Of a stretch of 64,000 nt of DNA, positions 1 to 8,926 are shown piece after piece. The DNA is from an uncultured bacterium (GTDB lineage: Bacteria > Atribacterota > Atribacteria > Atribacterales > Caldatribacteriaceae). The DNA lies in assembly GCA_937922705.1 (NCBI GenBank), contig CALAIW010000003.1, positions 57,408 through 121,407 on the forward strand. Direction: 5' to 3'. Under the pieces are notes generated by a model. It was not told the origin of the DNA. It saw nothing but the letters and a program-made list of their open reading frames with translations, and made no database searches. Each line of letters starts with the position of its first letter. Positions within the stretch are counted from its first letter, which is position 1. A program made the translations under genes and the position numbers.

Positions 1-757
1 TGAGAAGCCCAAGAAGCTTCCCTAATCCTGCCAGACGCTTCTGCAATGGAGTGGTCGTCTCTTCTTCCTCCTCAAGGAGCGAAGCAATCCGTCCAATTTC
101 TCGCTCCATCCCCGTAGCTACAACAATGCCTCTTCCCCGCCCATAAACGACAATTGTTCCCGCAAAGGCCATATTCACTCGCTCCGGAAGGGGGGTTTCC
201 TCAGGTAAAACCGTAACATCCTTCTCCACCGGAACCGACTCTCCCGTGAGACTTGCTTCATCAACTCGAAGAGCTTTCACTTCAACAAGGCGAAGATCTG
301 CAGGGACAATATCCCCTTCCCGAAGCACCACAATATCCCCAGGGACAAGAAGCTCTGTGCGTACTCTCTGTGGTGTTCCCGAGCGGATTACTTCACACTC
401 TGGGACATGCATCCGCTTCAAGGCTTCAAGAGCTTTTCCTGCTCGGTACTCCTGGAAAACCCCAAGACAAGCGTTAACCACAAGAATAGCGACGATGACA
501 AGGGAATCGGTGACTTCCCCAAGAAGGAGAGAAATTGCCGCTGCCCCCAGGAGAATGAGAACAAGGAAATCCCGAAACTGCTCGAGGAACATGGTCACAA
601 TGCTTTTAGGTTTCTTTTCAGCAAGAACATTGGGTCCGTACTGCAAAAGGCGCTTTTCCGCCTCTTCCCGAGAAAGACCAGAAACAGGGTCAGTTTGGAG
701 AAGCGAGGCAATCACATCACCAGAGAGCGCATGCCATTTTACTCTTTCTTGAGCCAT
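1..757 (-). CDS. P-type cation-transporting ATPase (P2, Ca2+-ATPase-like), N-terminal 252 codons; gene runs off the left window edge
   Basis: Absent from the ORF track because it is open at the window edge. My minus-strand translation from ATG 757 (GGAGG 8 nt upstream) reads MAQERVKWHALSGDVIASLLQTDPVSGLSREEAEKRLLQYGPNVLAEKKPKS...GDIVVLREGDIVPADLRLVE...DEASLTGESVPVEK. That is a Cation_ATPase_N segment, the first TM pair and the TGES actuator motif. Confidence 0.85.
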   Translation of the reverse strand, partial: MAQERVKWHALSGDVIASLLQTDPVSGLSREEAEKRLLQYGPNVLAEKKPKSIVTMFLEQFRDFLVLILLGAAAISLLLGEVTDSLVIVAILVVNACLGVFQEYRAGKALEALKRMHVPECEVIRSGTPQRVRTELLVPGDIVVLREGDIVPADLRLVEVKALRVDEASLTGESVPVEKDVTVLPEETPLPERVNMAFAGTIVVYGRGRGIVVATGMEREIGRIASLLEEEEETTTPLQKRLAGLGKLLGLL

Positions 758-1560
758 GGGAGAACCTCCTCGAGAATACCTCCAACGCGTTGCACAAAGC
801 TTTTCTTCTCTCCTTCAAGAGTATCCTTTTTCCCCACAATTTCTTCCACAAACCCCTGGAGCGCCGCTTCAAAACCAATATCGTAACCTTCTTTCTGGCT
901 TTTGTACCACTTGTAGTCCATAATATAGGCAAAAATATCCGCGAGACTCTTTTCCGGAAAAGCCTCTTCAAGCCCCTTTTCGACAATAGCCTGGACTGCC
1001 GGAGTATACACACAGAGAAACCAGTTAAGCGCAGCCTCCTTAAGAGGAACTTTTCGCCCCAAAAAGAGTTCCATACGCTGAGCATAGTCCTTAATGTAGT
1101 TGAGGAAAGCATCGTAGTGACGAGGCTCACTGGCATCAATCCCCTTAAGACCGGTGAGATTTTCAAATTCTGTTCGCTTCGCCCGTAGGGTTTTACTCTC
1201 CCGACGCTCCGCTGGAAAGAACTCTATAACTTCTGCATCGATAAACTCCATGCCCAGCTCTTTCGCTACTGCTACTCGATGGTTCCCATCAAGGACATAG
1301 TACTCATCACCAACTTTGTACACAATAATCGGAGGGAGAATCTCTCCTCGCTCCATGGCTCGTCGAATCCGGTAGTATCGAACATCAGGATTGCGAAGCC
1401 GGAAACCCGGTAAGAGGTCCGCAGCTCTTCCTACACTCCCCACAATACGGTCAACAGGAATAGGATGCACGCCACGATACACCCGAGAAGAGAGATTGAG
1501 CCTTTTTGAAATCTCACCAAAAGCTCTGATTGGCTGGTTACTCCTTTTGGCCAGAGGCAC
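739..1560 (-). CDS. Orphan ParB N-terminal/sulfiredoxin-fold domain protein with unassigned C-terminal half
   Basis: ORF 739..1611. PPIIVYKVGDEYYVLDGNHRVAVAKELG is the ParB/Srx-type motif. Start moved to GTG 1560 (AAGGAG 9 nt upstream, 13 nt after the ccdA stop) instead of TTG 1611. Confidence 0.6.
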   Translation of the reverse strand: MPLAKRSNQPIRAFGEISKRLNLSSRVYRGVHPIPVDRIVGSVGRAADLLPGFRLRNPDVRYYRIRRAMERGEILPPIIVYKVGDEYYVLDGNHRVAVAKELGMEFIDAEVIEFFPAERRESKTLRAKRTEFENLTGLKGIDASEPRHYDAFLNYIKDYAQRMELFLGRKVPLKEAALNWFLCVYTPAVQAIVEKGLEEAFPEKSLADIFAYIMDYKWYKSQKEGYDIGFEAALQGFVEEIVGKKDTLEGEKKSFVQRVGGILEEVLPWLKKE

Positions 1561-1573
1561 TGTATTCAGCTCC

Positions 1574-2281
1574 TTACCGAGCAAGCCATGCTTCAGGGTT
1601 GAACGAACCAAAAAGGCTTAAGAAAACACCCATCCTTCCAAGGAGAAGAATAACCCCTAAACTTATAAGAAGAATACCGCTTATAAGTTCCATCGTTCGT
1701 CCTTTCCTTTGGATACGACGAAGAATTTCTGCAGCCCGACCAAAGCTAGCACCAAGGAATACAAAGGGAAGAGCAAGCCCCAAGGCGTATACAAAAAGAA
1801 GGAATCCCCCTTCCCACATTCTTCCAAGAGCAGAAACATAAAGGAGAATAGACCCAAGCACTGGACCAACACAGGGAGTCCAGCCAAGACCAAAAGAGAC
1901 GCCAAGGAGAAGACTGCGGAACATCCCAAAGGAAAAAGGAAGGTGCACGTGTCGTTCGGCATAAAGCACTCGAATCTTCACAACCCCTAAAACCTGGAGC
2001 CCAAAAAGAGTGATAATAGCACCTGCAATACGGTTGAACCATACCCGATGCTGGAAGAGGAACCCTCCAACCATGGAAGCCCCGACACCCATAAGGACAA
2101 AAACCCCGGTGAAACCAAACACAAAAAGCAAGGTGTGGAAAACCATCTTTCCACGATTTTCCTGAAGAGCTTCCACCCCGGCGATGTACCCAAGATATGC
2201 TGGAGCAATAGCAAGAACGCAAGGCGAGAGAAAGGATAAAAGCCCAGCGGTAAAACTTATCGCAACATTAATTTCCGTCAT
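1574..2281 (-). CDS. ccdA: Cytochrome c biogenesis / thiol-disulfide transporter CcdA (DsbD beta-domain family)
   Basis: 235-aa polytopic membrane protein. FLSPCVLAIAP and GWTPCVGPVLG are the two conserved Cys motifs of CcdA. Confidence 0.85.
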   Translation of the reverse strand: MTEINVAISFTAGLLSFLSPCVLAIAPAYLGYIAGVEALQENRGKMVFHTLLFVFGFTGVFVLMGVGASMVGGFLFQHRVWFNRIAGAIITLFGLQVLGVVKIRVLYAERHVHLPFSFGMFRSLLLGVSFGLGWTPCVGPVLGSILLYVSALGRMWEGGFLLFVYALGLALPFVFLGASFGRAAEILRRIQRKGRTMELISGILLISLGVILLLGRMGVFLSLFGSFNPEAWLAR

Positions 2282-2339
2282 AGCACATCACTCCCTATTT
2301 TCAAGAATTATACCTCTTTTTCTGGTACTAAATAACCTC

Positions 2340-2368
2340 TTGCAGAATCTTTCCTCATGGTGTATACT
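2340..2368 (+). promoter_or_regulatory. Sigma-70-type promoter of nrdR-nrdD-nrdG
   Basis: TTGCAG (2340-2345), 17-nt spacer, TATACT (2363-2368), read directly. NrdR box 1 overlaps the -10. Confidence 0.6.
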
Positions 2369-2379
2369 ACATTTAGTGC
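2364..2379 (+). promoter_or_regulatory. NrdR box 1
   Basis: ATACTACATTTAGTGC matches 12/16 positions of the published NrdR-box consensus acaCwAtATaTwGtgt (manual alignment). Confidence 0.6.
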
Positions 2380-2395
2380 TTTATGGTGAATGAAA

Positions 2396-2411
2396 ATACT
2401 ACATGTTGGTG
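2396..2411 (+). promoter_or_regulatory. NrdR box 2
   Basis: ATACTACATGTTGGTG matches about 10/16 to consensus. It shares the 9-mer ATACTACAT with box 1. Centres are 32 bp apart, the usual tandem NrdR-box phasing. It lies just upstream of the nrdR ATG. Confidence 0.5.
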
Positions 2412-2417
2412 AGCATT

Positions 2418-2891
2418 ATGCGCTGTCCGTACTGCGGAGCAGAAGATTCAAAGGTTATCGATTCTCGGGAAATCGAGGGGGGAACAGAGGTCCGCCGCCG
2501 TAGGGAATGCCCTACGTGCCACCGACGCTTCACGACCTACGAACGTTACGAGCGAAAGCCCCTTCGGGTCATAAAAAAGAACGGAACGCGAGAACTCTTC
2601 GATCGTAAGAAAATCCTCAATGGTCTCCTCAAGGCCTGTGAAAAGCGCCCGATATCTCTGGAAGAACTTGAGCACCTGGTAGACGAAATCGAAAAAGAAC
2701 TCCAAGAAGAAGGATACGAAGAGGTTCCTTCTTCTCGTATTGGGGAAAAAGTCATGGAAAAACTCAAAAAGGTTGACCAGGTGGCGTACGTTCGTTTTGC
2801 CTCGGTATACCGAGAATTTCGAGACATTGATCAGTTCATGGATATTGTCCTCTCGCTGAGTAAAGAACAAAGTGTGCCAAAGGAGGAATAG
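2418..2891 (+). CDS. nrdR: Transcriptional repressor NrdR (zinc ribbon + ATP-cone)
   Basis: [17 protein letters not shown]...[12 protein letters not shown] zinc ribbon followed by an ATP-cone. Start set at ATG 2418 (family N-terminus MxCPxC, GGTGA 4 nt upstream) rather than the track start 2403. Confidence 0.9.
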   Translation: MRCPYCGAEDSKVIDSREIEGGTEVRRRRECPTCHRRFTTYERYERKPLRVIKKNGTRELFDRKKILNGLLKACEKRPISLEELEHLVDEIEKELQEEGYEEVPSSRIGEKVMEKLKKVDQVAYVRFASVYREFRDIDQFMDIVLSLSKEQSVPKEE

Positions 2892-2894
2892 AGT

Positions 2895-4982
2895 ATGACA
2901 GACATTACCAATCTCCTTGCTCCTCGGGAGGTTCGAAAGCGCGATGGACGTGTTGTCCCTTTTGATCGGCAACGGATTGAGCGAGCCATTTACAAAGCCT
3001 TTCAGGCTGTTGGTGAAGAAAACGAAGCAACGCCAAAAGAATTGAGTATCATCGTGACCCAAAAGCTTTTCGAAAAATTCGGCCAGGACACTGTGGTCGA
3101 CATTGAGACTATCCAAGACGTGGTAGAGGAAACGCTTATCGAAAATGGGTTCGCCAAAGTTGCCAAAGCTTACATCCTCTACCGTCGGAAGCGCCAGGAA
3201 GCCCGAGAAGCACTGAAAGTTGTGGTAGATGTGGAAAAAATTGTTCAAGAGTATCTTCTTAAGGCCGATTGGCGGACCCAGGAAAACTCCAACACTACTT
3301 ATTCGTATCCAGGCCTCGTCCTCCATGTCGCTGGATCAGTGATGGCCCACTACACCCTAAACCGTATCTATCCTGATGAGGTTCGCGATGCCCATATGAA
3401 CGGAGACATCCACATTCATGACCTTTCTTATGGTCTTGCTGGATACTGTGCAGGGTGGTCTCTTGAGGAACTCATCCGAGAGGGTTTTGGAGGGGTAAAG
3501 GACAAAATTGCCGCTGGACCGGCAAAACACCTCTCAGCACTCACCGGGCAAATGGTGAACTTTTTGGGAACTATGCAAATGGAGTTTGCTGGAGCTCAAG
3601 CCTTTAACTCTGTGGACACTTACCTTGCCCCCTTTGTTCGATACGACCGCCTCTCATACCAGGCTGTGAAACAACTCATCCAGCAAATGGTCTTCGCCAT
3701 GAACGTTCCATCCCGTTGGGGAAGCCAGGCACCTTTCATCAACTTCTCCTTCGACTGGATTGTCCCCGAAGACATGAAGGACCGCCCGGTCATTGTTGGT
3801 GGAGAGGAACGACCAGACCTTGGGACATACGGCGATTACCAGAAAGAGATGGACATGATAAACCGCGCTTTCCTTGAAGTCATGCTTGAAGGCGACTACG
3901 AAGGCAGGGTCTTTTCCTTCCCCATACCCACTTACAATATCACTTCTGATTTTCCCTGGGATTCTGAAAACGCTTGGCTCCTTTTCGAGCTTACTGCAAA
4001 GTATGGTGTCCCTTACTTCCAGAACTTCATTTCCAGTTCCCTACGTCCAGGGGATGTGCGCTCTATGTGCTGTCGCCTGCAGCTTGACTTGCGAACACTA
4101 CGGAACCGTTGTGGAGGACTCTTTGGTTCTGCAGACAAAACAGGGTCCATTGGTGTGGTTACCATTAATCTCCCTCGCATTGGATATTTGAGTAAAACCG
4201 AAGAAGAGTTCTTCTCCCGTCTCAAGCGAATGATGCACATCGCCAAAACCGCTCTTGAAATCAAGAGAAAAGTCATTGAGCGGAACCTTAAAAACGGCCT
4301 TTTCCCCTACACTCGCCGCTACCTTGGTACTTTCCGGAACCACTTCTCCACGATTGGTCTTGTGGGTATGAATGAAGCATGCCTCAATTTCCTTGGGGTT
4401 TCTATTGCCCATCCAGAAGGGAAAGCCTTTGCTATTAAAGTCTTGCAGTTTATGCGGGAAAGGCTTGCTGACTTCCAAGAGGAAACAGGCAACCTCTATA
4501 ACCTTGAAGCGACCCCTGCTGAGAGCGCAAGCTACCGCCTGGCACGCCATGACCGACAACGCTTCCCAGACATTATCACCGCGGGAGATGACGAGCCTTA
4601 CTATACCAATAGCACTTACCTCCCGGTGAACTACACGGATGACCCCTTTGAAGCCTTAGAACACCAGAAAGACCTCCAAGTTCTTTATACTGGTGGCACA
4701 GTTTTCCATACTTTCCTTTCTGAGATGCCCGACCCTGAAGCAGTGAAGCTTTTTGTTCGCCGTGTCTTTGAGAACTATCCCATTCCCTACCTCACCATCA
4801 CCCCTACGTTTTCGGTTTGTCCAAGACACGGATACCTTAAGGGAAAAGTTACTGTCTGCCCCGAGTGTGGTGAGGAAACCGAGGTCTACTCCCGAGTCGT
4901 AGGATACTACCGTCCCGTTCAGCGGTGGAACCGAGGGAAACAGGAAGAATTTGCCGAACGGAAAGAGTACATCCTGAGGTGA
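2895..4982 (+). CDS. nrdD: Anaerobic (class III) ribonucleoside-triphosphate reductase
   Basis: 695 aa. N-terminal ATP-cone (VRKRDGRVVPFDRQRIERAIYKA), thiyl-radical region DVRSMCCRLQLD, C-terminal Zn site CPRHG...CPECG and glycyl-radical motif SRVVGYYRPV. AAGGAGGAA lies upstream. Confidence 0.93.
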   Translation: MTDITNLLAPREVRKRDGRVVPFDRQRIERAIYKAFQAVGEENEATPKELSIIVTQKLFEKFGQDTVVDIETIQDVVEETLIENGFAKVAKAYILYRRKRQEAREALKVVVDVEKIVQEYLLKADWRTQENSNTTYSYPGLVLHVAGSVMAHYTLNRIYPDEVRDAHMNGDIHIHDLSYGLAGYCAGWSLEELIREGFGGVKDKIAAGPAKHLSALTGQMVNFLGTMQMEFAGAQAFNSVDTYLAPFVRYDRLSYQAVKQLIQQMVFAMNVPSRWGSQAPFINFSFDWIVPEDMKDRPVIVGGEERPDLGTYGDYQKEMDMINRAFLEVMLEGDYEGRVFSFPIPTYNITSDFPWDSENAWLLFELTAKYGVPYFQNFISSSLRPGDVRSMCCRLQLDLRTLRNRCGGLFGSADKTGSIGVVTINLPRIGYLSKTEEEFFSRLKRMMHIAKTALEIKRKVIERNLKNGLFPYTRRYLGTFRNHFSTIGLVGMNEACLNFLGVSIAHPEGKAFAIKVLQFMRERLADFQEETGNLYNLEATPAESASYRLARHDRQRFPDIITAGDDEPYYTNSTYLPVNYTDDPFEALEHQKDLQVLYTGGTVFHTFLSEMPDPEAVKLFVRRVFENYPIPYLTITPTFSVCPRHGYLKGKVTVCPECGEETEVYSRVVGYYRPVQRWNRGKQEEFAERKEYILR

Positions 4983-4986
4983 TAGT

Positions 4987-5679
4987 ATGGTCTTCCGGGG
5001 GTGGCACAAGGTCAGCTACATCGAGTATCCAGGAAGAATCGCAACCGTCCTCTTTGTTGCAGGATGCAACTTCCGTTGCCCCTTTTGCCACAACCCGGAA
5101 CTTGTTCTCCAGAAAGACGGCCTTCCAGTCATTGAAGAAGATGAGGTTTTCTCCTATCTTGTAAAACGCCGGGGGCTCCTCGATGCTGTCTGTATCACAG
5201 GTGGGGAGCCCCTACTCTACTCCCAAGAATGCCAATCCTTCCTCCAGAAAGTGAAAGGACTTGGCTATCTCGTTAAGGTTGACACCAATGGGAGTTTTTT
5301 CGAAGAATTTACAGCCCTTTGGGATTGGGTGGACCTCTGGGGTATTGACTTCAAAGTACCTCTCAATCAGTACCATCTTGTTGGAGGAGGAGAAAAGAAA
5401 GAATCGGTACAAAAGGTTCTGGAAAAAGCTCTCTCTCATCCAGATCGGGTTGAAATCCGTACGACCATTTACCCTCCATTTCACAATCTTGAGACCCTTC
5501 GCACAATGGCACGCACAATCCAGGACGCACGAGTATGGTACTGGCAGAACTTCCATCGGGAGAAAAACCTTTCCCAAGAAGCGCGAGACGTTACACCCTA
5601 CAGTGCTTCATTCCTTAAGTTCTTGCAGGATACGATCAATAAGGAAATTGGGAGGGATTTTGTGGTTCTTCGCTTGTGA
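4987..5679 (+). CDS. nrdG: Anaerobic ribonucleotide reductase activating protein (radical SAM)
   Basis: CNFRCPFCHN (CxxxCxxC) near the N-terminus. Starts 4 nt after the nrdD stop. Confidence 0.88.
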   Translation: MVFRGWHKVSYIEYPGRIATVLFVAGCNFRCPFCHNPELVLQKDGLPVIEEDEVFSYLVKRRGLLDAVCITGGEPLLYSQECQSFLQKVKGLGYLVKVDTNGSFFEEFTALWDWVDLWGIDFKVPLNQYHLVGGGEKKESVQKVLEKALSHPDRVEIRTTIYPPFHNLETLRTMARTIQDARVWYWQNFHREKNLSQEARDVTPYSASFLKFLQDTINKEIGRDFVVLRL

Positions 5680-6424
5680 GAATACTTACAGTTGAGGTTC
5701 CTAAGCGATTCGCTCCAGCTCTAAGGAGAGCCAAAGCCTGTGTTCGAGTCTTAATGCCCCCTGCTGCCTTAACGCCAAGGGATGAACCCACAACTCTTCG
5801 AAAAAGGCGAACATCGGCTTCAGTTGCCCCAGAGGGGCCAAAACCGGTTGACGTTTTGACAAAGTGCGCCCGAGCTGCTTGGGCAATAAGGCATCCAATA
5901 ACCTTTTCTTCCTCAGTGAGGTATCCTGCCTCAAGGACCACTTTTACCACACAGGGAGACATTTCTTCCACTATACCCCGAATATCTTGGTACACCATTT
6001 TCCAATCGCCATTTTTGAGGGCAGCAAGATTCATCACCATGTCTGCCTCTCTTGCTCCTTCCTGGAAAGCGAGGCGTGCTTCTCGAGCTTTTATCTCGGG
6101 CTTATTCTGCCCAAGGGGAAAACCTACAGCCACACCAACGAGAACCCCACTTCCTTCAAGAAGTTCACTGCAAAAAGCTACGTAATATGGGTTCACAATA
6201 ACGCTGTAGAATCCCCAACGCTTTGCTTCTTCACAGAGTTCTTGAATTTCTTCTTTTGTGGCCGTAGGACGAAGAAGGGTTATATCCGTGTGCCGGGCAA
6301 GGAAATTTCGAAGGTCTTCTTCCTTGTCCGGAATCTCTTCCCGTTCTGGAAAACGCTCCTTAATGGGGATTTCAACCCCTAAAACCTCCTCCACCTTCTC
6401 GCGAAGCTTCTCAAGGTCCTGCAT
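5636..6424 (-). CDS. deoC: Deoxyribose-phosphate aldolase
   Basis: VGFPLGQN, Schiff-base region FVKTSTGF, VKAAGGIKT. Its 3' end overlaps the nrdG 3' end by 44 nt. Confidence 0.9.
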   Translation of the reverse strand: MQDLEKLREKVEEVLGVEIPIKERFPEREEIPDKEEDLRNFLARHTDITLLRPTATKEEIQELCEEAKRWGFYSVIVNPYYVAFCSELLEGSGVLVGVAVGFPLGQNKPEIKAREARLAFQEGAREADMVMNLAALKNGDWKMVYQDIRGIVEEMSPCVVKVVLEAGYLTEEEKVIGCLIAQAARAHFVKTSTGFGPSGATEADVRLFRRVVGSSLGVKAAGGIKTRTQALALLRAGANRLGTSTVSILTSEEPQNPSQFPY

Positions 6425-6435
6425 GTTCTCCCTCC

Positions 6436-6996
6436 CTACTCAAGGTTTGCATGGTGTTCCATCATCAAGCGGTACGCTTCGGTTTCCTTGCCTTCCACAA
6501 GGGAAAGGACAAGGGCATCGCAGAGAAGCCAGAGGGCATCCTCAAAGCGTGTTCCCCCACCACCAGTAAAGAGTTGGCGTGTTAGAGAGGCTCTTTCTGG
6601 GGCAAAGGCAAGAGACGCATGGGCTATACCCTCAAGAGGAGTCCCCTTTTTCCCAAGAAAAGCAAAGACAAAAGCTCCAAGACAACGAGCCTTTTCGGCA
6701 AGAAGAAGTACCGAAGACGTTTGGCCTGACCCAGAAGCCACAATAAGAATGTCTCCCTCCCGTATCGCCGGACACGTTACTTCACCCACCACAAAAACCG
6801 TATACCCAAGATGCATAAGACGCATGGCAAACCCCTTGAGCACAAGGAAACTACGTCCTCGCGCCCAGAAAAAGAGTCGCTTTGTTTGCCAGGACTTGAG
6901 CATTGCACAAAAGGCTTCAAGCTCTCTCTCGTCTAAAGTAAGAAGAAGTGCTCTGGCTTCTTCAAGAACTTCAAGAATTCTCTCCCGCAAAGGCAT
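6436..6996 (-). CDS. hxlB: 6-phospho-3-hexuloisomerase (SIS domain)
   Basis: FAMRLMHLGY, IVASGSGQTSS and the C-terminal MMEHHANLE closely resemble B. subtilis HxlB as I recall it. Start set at ATG 6996 (GGAGGA upstream) rather than 7092. Confidence 0.85.
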   Translation of the reverse strand: MPLRERILEVLEEARALLLTLDERELEAFCAMLKSWQTKRLFFWARGRSFLVLKGFAMRLMHLGYTVFVVGEVTCPAIREGDILIVASGSGQTSSVLLLAEKARCLGAFVFAFLGKKGTPLEGIAHASLAFAPERASLTRQLFTGGGGTRFEDALWLLCDALVLSLVEGKETEAYRLMMEHHANLE

Positions 6997-7624
6997 CGAG
7001 TATCCTCCGCACTTGCTCTGCCACCTTTTCAGGAAAAGGGCTTCGGGTAATTGCTGAGCCAATAACCACAACCTCTGGTCGCAAAAGCTCAAGCACCCGG
7101 GGAAGGATATCCGGCGTTATTCCCCCTGCGACAAGGAGGGGCATTTTGTCCAAAAGATTCAAGGGAAGAGGAACATTTTCCCAAGCTCCATGATCCTTCA
7201 AGACCACGTCATGAGGTATGTGAAGTGCCAGAAAATCAGGCCGCAACTTTTCAAGGAGCAACACATTCGGCGAGGTCGGTACAAGGTCAATGGTATCGAC
7301 TACCCATCGTTTACCCCAGCGCCTTGCCGCCCTTTGCACTCCCTCAAGAGTAAAAGGGGCTGCTCCCCCAAGAACAGAAACCATATCCCCTCCTCGTCTA
7401 AAGACCTCTTGAGCTTCTTCCTCTCCTGCGTCTACAATTTTGGCGTCCACAAAGAGAAGCCTCTCCCGAACCACTTCTTTAAAGCGCTCCACCAAAGATA
7501 AACCGCAGGAAAGGAGAAGAGGAGTGCCCACCTCCACGACATCAACATAGGGCAGAAGACGCTGGGAAAGGGCAAGGGCTTCTTCTCCATTCCACAAATC
7601 CAAAGCGATTTGCAGAAGTGGCAT
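6971..7624 (-). CDS. hxlA: 3-hexulose-6-phosphate synthase (OMP-decarboxylase superfamily; a KGPDC-type activity cannot be excluded)
   Basis: MPLLQIALDL, VDVVEVGTPLL, FVDAKIVDAG, VAGGITP. Start set at ATG 7624, one nt after the upstream stop. The track ORF to 7906 is an artefactual extension. Confidence 0.8.
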   Translation of the reverse strand: MPLLQIALDLWNGEEALALSQRLLPYVDVVEVGTPLLLSCGLSLVERFKEVVRERLLFVDAKIVDAGEEEAQEVFRRGGDMVSVLGGAAPFTLEGVQRAARRWGKRWVVDTIDLVPTSPNVLLLEKLRPDFLALHIPHDVVLKDHGAWENVPLPLNLLDKMPLLVAGGITPDILPRVLELLRPEVVVIGSAITRSPFPEKVAEQVRRILDAFAGENS

Positions 7625-7625
7625 G

Positions 7626-8921
7626 TTACTCCTCCAACATTCGGAAAACGAGCCCACTCCATGCTTTGGGATAAAAGTACGTTGACTTCTGAGGCATTCG
7701 CTGGAATTTTGCCACTGCCCTCTCAACCTGCTCAATGGGAGTTGGACGCATGACAAAAACAAGCTGGTACTTACTCTCCTCTCGAGCAATGGCAAAAACA
7801 TCCTTTGTCCCGCGGAGGTAGTCGACAAATTCGCTTTCTTCCCGACCTTCCTTGTTGAGACCAAGAATTTCTCGAAAGACAAGCTCATGGAGTATGGTCG
7901 TATCAAGATGTCGATTCACATCTTCCTCTCCAAGCCGTGCATCCATAATCTTTGGATCTTTAAGCGTTATGGTTCCCCACCGTTCGCCTCTTCTCTCGTA
8001 CACACCGATGGTGAAAGGCGGGGCTCCTTGCAGGAACTCCTCCATCTCCCGCTCATTGGAGAAAAATCGCACCTCAAAGTACGCTTTGCACTTTTCAAAG
8101 AAATTGGCCAAACGCTCTTCAGGAAGACTATGCACAAGGCGATGTGTGGGGAGGATAAGAAGCCCAGGGTTGTGAATGTTTACAAGGAACATCATGGTGT
8201 AATCTTCGGGGAGATCTTCCAGGGGATCTCCTAAAGCTTCTCTCCGTTCCTTCCGGTACATGAGGCAGGTCTCGTAACGGTGGTGCCCATCGGCAATAAT
8301 GAGGGTACGGGGATTAAGAACCTTCCGGATGCGGGCGATGGCTTCTGCATCAGAAAGCCGGAAAAGGCGATGCACTACTCCATGACGGTCGGTAAAACTC
8401 AAAAGCTCCGTATCAGGGCGTTTGTGCTCCTCAAGGAGGGTGTCAACAACTCTTTGCGGGTCATTGTAAAGACAAAAGATTTGTTCAAGATTTGCTCGGG
8501 TTGCCCGGAGAAGCTCTAAACGGTCCAGAGAGTACTTAGGCATGGTACGTTCATGAGGAAAGATAACCCGCTTTTCAAAATCCTCAAGTCGTACCAAAGC
8601 CACAAAGCCTGTGCGTTTCTTCCGACCGAAAGAATTCAGAGAGAATTCCTGCTCATAGATATACAGGGACGGAACACTGTCACGTACAAACACGCCCTTT
8701 GCAATCCAGTGGCGGAGGCGAAGGGCAGTGTTTCCGTACCCACTCTCGTCTTTGCCAAGAATAAGGTGTACAAAATTGTACTCTTCTGCAGCAAGACGTT
8801 GCCGTTCCTTCTCCGAGATAACATCGTAGGGAGGAGCAACAAGCCTTCCGATTCCCCGTTCTCGAACGTATTCCTCTGCATACCGGTACCCCAAAAAGGG
8901 CTTAACCACTGCCATGACCAA
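7626..8921 (-). CDS. DUF1015 family protein (function unknown)
   Basis: LVAPPYDVIS, FPHERTM, IIADGHHRYETCL and MPQKSTYFYPKAWSGLVF are the hallmark DUF1015 motifs as I recall the family. Confidence 0.75.
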   Translation of the reverse strand: MVMAVVKPFLGYRYAEEYVRERGIGRLVAPPYDVISEKERQRLAAEEYNFVHLILGKDESGYGNTALRLRHWIAKGVFVRDSVPSLYIYEQEFSLNSFGRKKRTGFVALVRLEDFEKRVIFPHERTMPKYSLDRLELLRATRANLEQIFCLYNDPQRVVDTLLEEHKRPDTELLSFTDRHGVVHRLFRLSDAEAIARIRKVLNPRTLIIADGHHRYETCLMYRKERREALGDPLEDLPEDYTMMFLVNIHNPGLLILPTHRLVHSLPEERLANFFEKCKAYFEVRFFSNEREMEEFLQGAPPFTIGVYERRGERWGTITLKDPKIMDARLGEEDVNRHLDTTILHELVFREILGLNKEGREESEFVDYLRGTKDVFAIAREESKYQLVFVMRPTPIEQVERAVAKFQRMPQKSTYFYPKAWSGLVFRMLEE

Positions 8922-8926
8922 CCCTC

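Noticed and set aside
7625-7906. N-terminal 94-codon extension of the HPS ORF (track ORF 6971..7906)
   Set aside because: It overlaps the 3' end of the DUF1015 gene in another frame. The family N-terminus MPLLQIALD begins at ATG 7624, one nt after the upstream stop. Analogous artefactual extensions were trimmed for hxlB (7092), rbsK (10741), the permease (53554), FGGY kinases (45464, 48866), ybeY/cdd (29016) and the membrane protein (23136).
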